This document shows, piece by piece, positions 1-6,747 of a stretch of DNA of 32,000 nt. Location: contig OY969931.1 of the NCBI GenBank assembly GCA_963704705.1, positions 810,001-842,000 of the forward strand. Direction: 5' to 3'. Numbering within the stretch: the first letter of the stretch is position 1; each line of letters opens with the position of its first letter. The DNA is from an uncultured bacterium (lineage in GTDB: Bacteria > Patescibacteriota > Gracilibacteria > UBA1369 > PNNO01). Below the pieces are notes generated by a model. The model worked only from the letters and a program-made list of their open reading frames with translations, ran no database searches and was not told the DNA's origin. The position numbers and the translations under genes are program-made.

Positions 1-164
1 TGAGTGCTGCTTTCCTCTGCAGTTGCAGAAATATGATCATTTTTCTTATCATTCTCTTTAAAGAAGTTTTTCAAAAATTCACAAAAAGGTGGGTAATAAG
101 TTCTTTCAGTGCCAATATCTTTAATTTTTTTAATTTCCTGTTGAAATTGTTGTAAAGAATTCAT
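1..164 (-). CDS. N-terminal part of a protein continuing past the left window edge; possibly the N-terminus of a type ISP-like restriction/modification or helicase-methylase protein
   Basis: Reverse strand open from ATG at 164: MNSLQQFQQEIKKIKDIGTERTYYPPFCEFLKNFFKENDKKNDHISATAEESS... The 'GTERTYYPP...FL' pattern resembles N-termini of large R-M proteins. Family call is from memory. Confidence 0.45.
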   Translation of the reverse strand, partial: MNSLQQFQQEIKKIKDIGTERTYYPPFCEFLKNFFKENDKKNDHISATAEESST

Positions 165-363
165 CAAATATAATAAATATAAAACATTTCATTTATATCA
201 CGAAAAACTTATATGCTCAATTTATTGAATGATTATTTAATATGTTCTTTTATTTTCTTTTTCAATTTCTGAACACTTCTATTATTTACTAATTTTTGAC
301 CTATACTAAGTAATTCATAATAAACAGCATCTTTCTCTGCAGAGCTTTTCTTTCGCGAATACT

Positions 364-891
364 TTATCCCAAAATTACAAACTTTGTTTCTTTGGATTTA
401 CGCGAAGTATCATAATGCGCTCCACCGAGTTTATTACAAACATATTTAATAACATCTTCAGGATAAATAATCTGACCATGAATAATAAAACTAGGTTGTT
501 TCAAATATTCACTAAGCTTTATAGGCCTATTTTTCTGTTTCTTACTTAGCTTATACATTTTTTTTGCTTCTTCATTTGAAGTTTCTTTATTTAATTCTTG
601 AAATTTGGAAATTTTAAGACCTTTATATTTTGCTCCACCAGCTTGATAAAAAGTAGTATTTCCAACGGAATCTAAACTATCTTTTCTATTAGAATCATGA
701 AGAAGAATCTTGATTTCAATATTCATCATTTTTGCCGCCTTCAATAATTTCCCATAAACAATTAAATTTCTAAGGACATTACTTGATCTTCGTAGAGAAT
801 CATCAGCAATAACTTGATTCCATTCTTTGGTGATATATTCAATATCCTCAGCAACAAGTTGCAACAAATCATTGTCCATATTTAAAACCAT
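364..891 (-). CDS. Hypothetical protein, probably frameshifted near its 3' end (continuation in another frame to about 233)
   Basis: ORF of 175 aa. Beyond its stop another frame continues ..IKYSRKKSSAEKDAVYYELLSIGQKLVNNRSVQKLKKKIKEHIK* ending at 233. Confidence 0.5.
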   Translation of the reverse strand: MVLNMDNDLLQLVAEDIEYITKEWNQVIADDSLRRSSNVLRNLIVYGKLLKAAKMMNIEIKILLHDSNRKDSLDSVGNTTFYQAGGAKYKGLKISKFQELNKETSNEEAKKMYKLSKKQKNRPIKLSEYLKQPSFIIHGQIIYPEDVIKYVCNKLGGAHYDTSRKSKETKFVILG

Positions 892-945
892 ATATTTATA
901 CTTAATTTTACTAAAACAGAGGCATAAGAGTTCACCTAACTAATA

Positions 946-1059
946 TTAATTAGGTGTGGATTTCCGGTGTCGCGGTACACGAACCGTCTTTCCACTAGGC
1001 AAGCGTTTAGTATACGGTTTCACCGGTACTATTTTCTTACCTTTGGCTGTTTTAGCCAT
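946..1059 (-). CDS. Very small basic protein (37 aa), MAKTAKGKKIVPVKPYTKRLPSGKTVRVPRHRKSTPN
   Basis: Internal ATG of the 63-aa track ORF; the C-terminus resembles the recurrent '..PYTR..G..V..H.RS.PN' tail of short uncharacterised bacterial proteins. A CIRCE-overlapped promoter lies upstream. Confidence 0.45.
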   Translation of the reverse strand: MAKTAKGKKIVPVKPYTKRLPSGKTVRVPRHRKSTPN

Positions 1060-1222
1060 AGTAGAATGGGTTAAGAATAATAATGAGCGTAGGTTTAGTG
1101 TACGCCCAAGTTCAGCTACTACTTTTGTAATAACCAAACGGGGCGACTAAACTCTAGCCATTAATTCAACCCATTCTTTTGGGCTCAACCTTGCTTATGC
1201 CTCCATTTCAAAGAGCTAAAAA

Positions 1223-1249
1223 TTAGCACTTGGTATTATAGAGTGCTAA
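1223..1249. promoter_or_regulatory. CIRCE-like HrcA operator (9-N9-9)
   Basis: TTAGCACTT-GGTATTATA-GAGTGCTAA; one mismatch to the CIRCE consensus TTAGCACTC-N9-GAGTGCTAA. Flanks extend the symmetry (AAATTAGCACT ... AGTGCTAATTT). Confidence 0.85.
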
Positions 1250-1262
1250 TTTAAAAAGTCAA
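1235..1262 (-). promoter_or_regulatory. sigma70-type promoter overlapping the CIRCE element
   Basis: On the minus strand TTGACT (1262-1257), 16-nt spacer, TATAAT (1240-1235). Confidence 0.6.
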
Positions 1263-1290
1263 TTATAATTTGTGTTAAAATAAATTATAA

Positions 1291-1380
1291 TTCGGCTATC
1301 CACCGGATCAACAAAAGCTCGCTACTGAAAACATATTGAAACAGGCAGAGCTACTTGCTGATGAATGGGTGGAGAAATAA
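1291..1380 (+). pseudogene. C-terminal remnant of a type I restriction enzyme R subunit (HsdR)
   Basis: Start-less reading frame FGYPPDQQKLATENILKQAELLADEWVEK*, matching the typical HsdR C-terminal pattern (YPPD..Q..AT..VL.QAE..A..W). An in-frame TAA is immediately upstream. Confidence 0.6.
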
Positions 1381-1730
1381 ATAGAAGTTGCCAACGTTAA
1401 AAAAGCGATTCCAATAGAAATTATCGCAACAATCATAGATTTTTTACTAAAACTCTCGTGCTTCTTGTAATTCAATATATTCTAAATAATTAAAATACGC
1501 ACCCGGTGTTACACGGATACCTATTTCACCATGGGTTTCATAAGGATTAACATCAAAAACATAAATGATAACGAAATTAAATCATCATAATCGTTTATTT
1601 TTTTATTTTTATCATAATTAAAACCTTTAGATATCAAATATTCATATAACTCATCAAATTTGATACCCTTATTTACATTTTCAACTGCATATTCTAAAAC
1701 TGTTATATAAAGGTCCTTGTCGTTTTTCAT
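1381..1730 (-). pseudogene. Doubly frameshifted gene for a small protein with a C-terminal transmembrane segment
   Basis: MKNDKDLYITVLEYAVENVNKGIKFDELYEYL...YDDLIS (frame 1), then IYVFDVNPYETHGEIGIRVTPGAYFNYLEYIELQEAR (frame 2), then ESFSKKSMIVAIISIGIAFLTLATSIYF (frame 3). Confidence 0.55.
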
Positions 1731-1749
1731 TTTTCATTATTATTTATAT

Positions 1750-2673
1750 CTACTTCTCAAACTTTTCAAATACCTGCCTTATCAAAAACATGGCATAAGC
1801 AATATCATCATTTGAATGAACATCAAAAAGAGTAATGTGCTTATTATAATATTTATAGCTATTTTTCATATAACGTGCTCTTTTCTCGGGGTCTTTTAAA
1901 TCTTTGGGCTGAGTTCTATTTAAACCTACTTCAACTTTTGACTTATAAATTCTTAAGCTTACTACAACAGATTTCCCTATTTTATAACCTATATATTGCT
2001 TCTGTGGACTTTCTTCTATTGAAGGCCCTAAAGCAAACAACTCATTACTTAAAGCTTCATATAATTCACGTGATTCCTCCCACCCTTCCTTAAAATGATC
2101 TTCAACCGAGTATTTTTTAACTTCTTTGCTGACTTTTTCAATTGTTTTGTCTTTGGTTACTGTTTTTATTGATTCACTTGCCTCATGCGACTTAATTTGA
2201 TTGTAAAGAATTGTATTGTTGTCGTACTTTTTAACTTCCCACAGCTCAATTGGAAGATCTTTGAAATTTATTGAATTTCTTTGATAAGGCGTGAAACCGT
2301 TTGCAACAAAAAGAACTCTCGACTGAGACCAATCAACATCTTCTCTTTTTAAATTATCTTTCATCCGTTCGTTATATTCTAAAATAAAATCCGCCTTATT
2401 GTTTAACATCAGAGACAAATAAGCGAACCCCTGATCTACAACACTAAAACTGCGATCACGCTTATATTCAATTATTACAAAAGATTTAGTTTCAGTATCA
2501 AATGCAAGCGTATCAATGCGAAAATTCTGCAACTTAAATTCAGTTGCAATAAAATCCAGCCCAAAAACAGTATCAAGATTATCTTCAGTCAATTTTTGCA
2601 AATCTTTCTCCAACTTTATTTTTAATTCCTTTATTGAAATGAGTTTGTTTTTGTTGATTTGAAAAATTGGCAT
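1750..2673 (-). CDS. PD-(D/E)XK nuclease-like / DUF5655 domain protein (COG3586-like)
   Basis: 307 aa. Core 'FRIDTLAFDTETKSFVIIEYKRDRSFSVVDQGFAYLSLM' fits the (D)-(E/D)xK core of NucS/RecB-like proteins. C-terminal 'SVEDHFKEG...KYIGYKIGKSVVVSLRIYKSKVEVGLN..DLKDPEKRARYMKN..YYNKHITLFDVHSNDDIAYAMFLIRQVFE' fits DUF5655. Confidence 0.7.
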   Translation of the reverse strand: MPIFQINKNKLISIKELKIKLEKDLQKLTEDNLDTVFGLDFIATEFKLQNFRIDTLAFDTETKSFVIIEYKRDRSFSVVDQGFAYLSLMLNNKADFILEYNERMKDNLKREDVDWSQSRVLFVANGFTPYQRNSINFKDLPIELWEVKKYDNNTILYNQIKSHEASESIKTVTKDKTIEKVSKEVKKYSVEDHFKEGWEESRELYEALSNELFALGPSIEESPQKQYIGYKIGKSVVVSLRIYKSKVEVGLNRTQPKDLKDPEKRARYMKNSYKYYNKHITLFDVHSNDDIAYAMFLIRQVFEKFEK

Positions 2674-2756
2674 TTTAAAAATTTAATGATAAACATATAC
2701 TGATATAGCATAAAAAAGCCAAATTCTCAATAAAGATCAGGCTTGTCACCAAAATT

Positions 2757-2897
2757 TCACATACTCTCCCAAACCTCTATCGCATCATCATAATCAATGC
2801 CAAGTTCCTCAGACAATTCAATCACTTCTTCGGCATCTTCTTTGTCCAAATCATAATCATTCATAACGTTAATTGTTTCTTCTTCATCATCAATCAT
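2757..2897 (-). CDS. Small acidic protein (46 aa), below the ORF-track cutoff
   Basis: ATG at 2897: MIDDEEETINVMNDYDLDKEDAEEVIELSEELGIDYDDAIEVWESM*. Confidence 0.45.
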   Translation of the reverse strand: MIDDEEETINVMNDYDLDKEDAEEVIELSEELGIDYDDAIEVWESM

Positions 2898-2954
2898 AAA
2901 AATTTGATATAATTACAGCATAATAATAATCAATATTAATCAAAATTTCCACTC

Positions 2955-3401
2955 ATGCACCTCCCCACCGCCATCAAACAGCTCTGCAAAATCACTGCGC
3001 AGCTAAAGAAGTCTCACAAGTCAAAGCACTTCACGCTTGATGGAAGGCTTGTTGGTGATCTTGGCGAGGTTTTGGCCGAGCAAAACTATAAGCTCACGCT
3101 GTTTGAGAAACTGGAAAAGGATTACGATGCAATTACATCCGATAACAAAAAGGTCCAGATAAAAGCCACTTTTAAGGATCATATCACCTACCCTGCCAAT
3201 TATACTCCTGAAATGCTTCTTGCTATTAAAATCAACCCGGACGGCACCTTTGAAGAGATATATAACGGTCCGGGCAAATACGTGGGAGAGCTGATCAAAG
3301 GGCGGAAAGCACCATATAACAGGCTGCACAGGCTTGCGGTGAAGAAACTGCGGGAGATAAATAAGCGGGTTAAGGGGAAAGAGAGGGTGGAGAGGAGATA
3401 A
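2955..3401 (+). CDS. DUF6998-like protein, possibly restriction-endonuclease-like
   Basis: 148 aa. 'GRLVGDLGEVLAEQNYKLTLFEKLEKDYDAITSDNKKVQIKATF' resembles an E...D...(Q)xK nuclease-like core. Confidence 0.55.
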   Translation: MHLPTAIKQLCKITAQLKKSHKSKHFTLDGRLVGDLGEVLAEQNYKLTLFEKLEKDYDAITSDNKKVQIKATFKDHITYPANYTPEMLLAIKINPDGTFEEIYNGPGKYVGELIKGRKAPYNRLHRLAVKKLREINKRVKGKERVERR

Positions 3402-3428
3402 ATCTTTCCGCTCCACTTCGCTCCAAAA

Positions 3429-3469
3429 GAGCCTCCGCTCGCTAACGCTCGCTGCGGCTCCGGAGGCTC
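3429..3469. repeat. GC-rich intergenic repeat-family member with hairpin (GAGCCTCCG...CGGAGGCTC)
   Basis: 9-bp perfect inverted arms enclosing 'ctcgctaacgctcgctgcggct'; downstream of a stop codon. Confidence 0.65.
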
Positions 3470-3537
3470 GAGAATGTTAATGATGACCGTTGACGTAATT
3501 CTAGCTATAATGAAATTGAATCAATAACCACTATTAT

Positions 3538-4380
3538 ATGTCATTTTTTAAATCTTTGTTTGGCGGAAACCAAACTTCTCAACAAAACGATCAGGATCAG
3601 CTTGAGAACTATTTTAAAGAACTTCAGAAAGAGGTTACTAATGATTTAGAACAACTTTATGTTGATAGTTTAAAAGATATTAAAAAAGTTAAACCATTTT
3701 TTGATTTATTTAAAGTTACTGATTTTTATTTTGCTGGGTCTATAGAGGGTGATGTGGAAAAAATTGAAGATGGTTCAGTAAAATCAACTGAAAACACAAA
3801 ATTATCCTTTAATATGTTCCCTATTCAAGGCAAACCAATGTGTCCGTTTTTTACAAGTTACGAAAAAATGCAGGAATCACTTGGTAAAACCGGAACTCCA
3901 AATTATATAAAAATAAAATTTAAGGATTTCTACCATCCAAAAAGCAAAGATACTTTTATTATGAATCCGGGCTTTGTAATGGTTAAAATTTTCCCTCCTG
4001 AAACCATTATGGGAATTCTTGATGATAGTCTGATCAAATCAATGGCCCCAGAACTTGAAAAAGGCACTAAATTGCAAATCGGAATCCCCAAAGAGGTACC
4101 TGAAGAATTTTTTAAAGAACTTGTTCTTTATGCCTCAAAACAAAAAGCAATTAAAGAAATTTATTATGCACTTGTAATAGATTCTCAGCATGGTCAAAGA
4201 ATAGCTTTGGCAATTAAATTTGATGATGTTTCAGAAGGAACGAGTGTATATTTTGGTGATATTCAAGAGCTGGTTGAAAAAAATGATGTTGGCTATGGCG
4301 GATTTGTAGATATGGCTGAATTAAAAGATTCAAATCAATTGGCTCAGGGTATTAAAGAGTCCGGAGAAAGATTGTATTAA
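3538..4380 (+). CDS. SseB-family-like protein
   Basis: 280 aa. 'PMCPFFTSYEKMQESLG...FIMNPGFVMVKIFPPETIMGIL' resembles SseB_N; 'LQIGIPKEVPEEFFKELVLYASKQKAIKEIYYALVID' resembles SseB_C. Confidence 0.6.
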   Translation: MSFFKSLFGGNQTSQQNDQDQLENYFKELQKEVTNDLEQLYVDSLKDIKKVKPFFDLFKVTDFYFAGSIEGDVEKIEDGSVKSTENTKLSFNMFPIQGKPMCPFFTSYEKMQESLGKTGTPNYIKIKFKDFYHPKSKDTFIMNPGFVMVKIFPPETIMGILDDSLIKSMAPELEKGTKLQIGIPKEVPEEFFKELVLYASKQKAIKEIYYALVIDSQHGQRIALAIKFDDVSEGTSVYFGDIQELVEKNDVGYGGFVDMAELKDSNQLAQGIKESGERLY

Positions 4381-4455
4381 TTCTCACATCACCTTTGTTT
4401 AGAGAGTTTGTCGGTGTATCCTATGGAAAGCGATTTGATTATAGATCCTTAGCAG

Positions 4456-4469
4456 CCGTCCCGGGACGG
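4456..4469. repeat. Perfect 14-bp palindrome CCGTCCCGGGACGG
   Basis: Direct reading; intergenic, followed by an AT-rich/T-rich stretch. Confidence 0.8.
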
Positions 4470-4534
4470 AATTTTGTTTAAATTTTTTTAGATTTTTTTA
4501 ATCAAAATTTAATAATTGTCAGCTAATATTAATC

Positions 4535-4563
4535 TTGACCTCCAACTAATAACGCGATACAAT
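4535..4563 (+). promoter_or_regulatory. Promoter for the higBA-like operon
   Basis: TTGACC - 17 nt - TACAAT. Confidence 0.55.
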
Positions 4564-4584
4564 ATTAACGGAGGGCGTTAATAT
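4562..4584. promoter_or_regulatory. Palindromic operator overlapping the promoter (probable antitoxin binding site)
   Basis: ATATTAACG-GAGGG-CGTTAATAT, perfect 9-bp arms, upstream of the toxin start. Confidence 0.65.
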
Positions 4585-4592
4585 CCTGCCAG

Positions 4593-4874
4593 ATGATAAA
4601 AACCTTTAACTGCAAAGAGACTCAAAGGCTCTTCCACAGAATCAAATCACTCAAACTTCCCGGCGACATACAAAAAACAGCGCTGCGAAAGCTTAATATG
4701 ATACATGCTGCTGCAAACATAAATGACCTGCGCATTCCTCCATCGAACCATCTGGAATTGCTGAAAGGCGAACGCAAAGGAAAGCACAGCATAAGAATAA
4801 ATGATCAATGGCGGATAATATTCAATTGGCAGCAGGGCAACGCTTACGAAGTTGAAATAACCGATTACCACTAA
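4593..4874 (+). CDS. higB: HigB/RelE-family toxin
   Basis: 93 aa: MIKTFNCKETQRLFHRIKSLKLPGDIQKTALRKLNMIHAAANINDLRIPPSNHLELLKGERKGKHSIRINDQWRIIFNWQQGNAYEVEITDYH; classic HigB pattern. Confidence 0.93.
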   Translation: MIKTFNCKETQRLFHRIKSLKLPGDIQKTALRKLNMIHAAANINDLRIPPSNHLELLKGERKGKHSIRINDQWRIIFNWQQGNAYEVEITDYH

Positions 4875-4879
4875 TCAAT

Positions 4880-5191
4880 ATGACTAAAAGAGGACGGCTA
4901 AAACCCACACATCCCGGTGAAATTCTCATGGAGGAATTTCTAAAACCCATGAAGATTTCGCAATATCGTCTTGCAAAAGACATAAATGTGCCGCCAAGGC
5001 GCATAAATGAGATAGTCAAGGGCATCCGCTCAATAACTGCTGACACAGCTTTAAGATTTGCCAAGTTTTTCGGGAACTCACCTGAATTCTGGCTTAATCT
5101 TCAATCTCACTATGCATTAGAGGTCGAATCAGATAAATTAGAAAACATTCTTGAAAAAGAAGTAAAAGTGTTTTCTTTGAATACTGCATAA
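4880..5191 (+). CDS. higA: HigA-family antitoxin (XRE HTH)
   Basis: 103 aa: 'HPGEILMEEFLKPMKISQYRLAKDINVPPRRINEIVKGIRSITADTALRFAKFFGNSPEFWLNLQSHYALEVESDKL'. Confidence 0.95.
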   Translation: MTKRGRLKPTHPGEILMEEFLKPMKISQYRLAKDINVPPRRINEIVKGIRSITADTALRFAKFFGNSPEFWLNLQSHYALEVESDKLENILEKEVKVFSLNTA

Positions 5192-5212
5192 AATAAACCC
5201 ATGAAAGACAAA

Positions 5213-5304
5213 TTCGCTCCGCTTCGCTCCAAACGCTTCATGCGCTATCGCGCATTCCATAGATCCTTCGCTCGCCGCTAATCGCGGCTCGCTGCGGCTC
5301 CGGT
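5213..5304. repeat. GC-rich intergenic repeat-family member
   Basis: 'tcgctccgcttcgctccaaacgcttcatgcgctatcgcgcattcc...cgctcgccgctaatcgcggctcgctgcggctccgg'; same motifs as 3406-3469, 6477-6505 and 10661-10703. Confidence 0.65.
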
Positions 5305-5384
5305 ATTATGAGGGAAGGGATGAGGTTTTACATTAAAGAAAAAATGGATTTTATGGTATAATAATATGATATATAAAACAAAAA

Positions 5385-6473
5385 ATGCCAGAAGTCCGTC
5401 AGACAAATCCCGAAGCAATAAAAGAACAATTAACTCAGCTTAAACCAAAACAAGCTGCCCGTATTTATAAAGGCACAAAAGAAGCAATTCAGAGAGTCGC
5501 TGATAAATTGCAACAAAACATTCCAAAAAATGATTTTTCTACAATAAAAACTGCTTTAGCTGCTTTAAAACCACAGGCCAGGAATTTTGAAACTTATATA
5601 AGAAGCAAATTGAACGGTTCAAATGAAACTATTCCGCTTTCAAGGATGCAGTTTTTAAGACGCTTAGTTCAATATAAAAATTCTCTCAAACAAAAATATC
5701 TTCCTTACAGATTGGCTGAAGAAAAACGCTTAAAAGAATCCTATAAAGAAACTTCAATTGAAAATATCAAATTCAGAAAATGGCAAAAATCAGACCTGGC
5801 GGCATTCTCGCAATTTTTAAAACAAAATGCCGGCGACAACAAAACTTTTCAGGCATACATACAAAAAAATCTTCACGTATGGAATCCAAAAGGTAATCCA
5901 AAATTATATTATCAACAGCAATGCGTTGAGATGTCTTTAATACTATTAATTGAGTTTTGTTATAAAAATCACATTGATCTGGCTTTACCGGCATCAAACA
6001 GCTATCTTAAAATGTCAAAATATAAAACACTCGAAAGTTTTATGAAAAATTTGTACCCCAAGCTTTCTGCATCGCATTTATACTCAGGTGCCGGCGGACT
6101 TGTAACAGAAATCCGGGAAAAAGATTTAAAAGCCGGAGATTGGATATCAATTAAACGTCCTCACGGCGGCTATCATGCATTAATCGTTACCGGAAATTAC
6201 GGCCAAGGACAATTGAGCGTAATGGCAGGCAGCCAAATGAATAAAGATTTCAGAAAATCAGCAGAAGTAAGAGAAGAAGTTGAAGAAATTTATCCAAAAG
6301 GATTTGTTAAAATCCAGTCAAAAGCCAAGCCAAATCAGGTAAAGATGCGTTATGGAGGATATGCCATTGATCCAATGGTAAATAGAGGTAAGGTTGAACA
6401 GAAAAATGGCACATATAAATTTTACAGATTGAATGTGGACAGGATGAATCAGGTTTTAAGCAGAATTAAATAG
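5385..6473 (+). CDS. Uncharacterised protein with candidate papain/NlpC-P60/CHAP-like cysteine peptidase-type C-terminal domain
   Basis: 362 aa. 'QQQCVEMSLILLIEFCYKN' (Cys at helix start) and 'LKAGDWISIKRPHGGYHALIVTGNYGQGQLSVMAGS' (GD..., then His before a strand). Confidence 0.45.
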   Translation: MPEVRQTNPEAIKEQLTQLKPKQAARIYKGTKEAIQRVADKLQQNIPKNDFSTIKTALAALKPQARNFETYIRSKLNGSNETIPLSRMQFLRRLVQYKNSLKQKYLPYRLAEEKRLKESYKETSIENIKFRKWQKSDLAAFSQFLKQNAGDNKTFQAYIQKNLHVWNPKGNPKLYYQQQCVEMSLILLIEFCYKNHIDLALPASNSYLKMSKYKTLESFMKNLYPKLSASHLYSGAGGLVTEIREKDLKAGDWISIKRPHGGYHALIVTGNYGQGQLSVMAGSQMNKDFRKSAEVREEVEEIYPKGFVKIQSKAKPNQVKMRYGGYAIDPMVNRGKVEQKNGTYKFYRLNVDRMNQVLSRIK

Positions 6474-6539
6474 ATTTGCTGCGGCTCTACTCCGCTTCGC
6501 TCCAGACGTTTCCTCCCGAGAGGAGATTTGACTTAGTGC

Positions 6540-6575
6540 GATTTTTCTTGCGCAGTGGGTATACCTGGCCCGGGC
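6540..6575. repeat. Intergenic repeat copy 1: GATTTTTCTTGCGCAGT..GTATACCTGGCCCGGGC
   Basis: The first 17 nt are identical to 10300-10316, followed by shared ATACC and CCCGGG at the same spacing. Confidence 0.7.
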
Positions 6576-6617
6576 TGGCATATTTGACCTCGATCCATTT
6601 TAATTGCGCTGTATGCG

Positions 6618-6639
6618 AAAGTGGTCACGTGACCACTTT
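6618..6639. terminator. Perfect 22-bp palindrome followed by a T-run; candidate intrinsic terminator
   Basis: AAAGTGGTCACGTGACCACTTT then TTTT. Confidence 0.55.
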
Positions 6640-6747
6640 TTTTAGAAAAATTTAATCAAAATTTAATGATTGGTTGATATACTTTTGACACCTAGGCAAA
6701 TATTATTAACTTGAATGGGATTGAGAAAAATCCCGGAAACAGCTTTT

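Noticed and set aside
956-1150. 64-aa plus-strand ORF
   Set aside because: Mirror of the small basic ORF on the minus strand, which has better start, composition and upstream promoter.
3429-3469. CRISPR-like interpretation of the repeated GC-rich motifs
   Set aside because: Copies are few, variable in length, irregularly spaced by whole genes and have no uniform spacers; no cas genes present.
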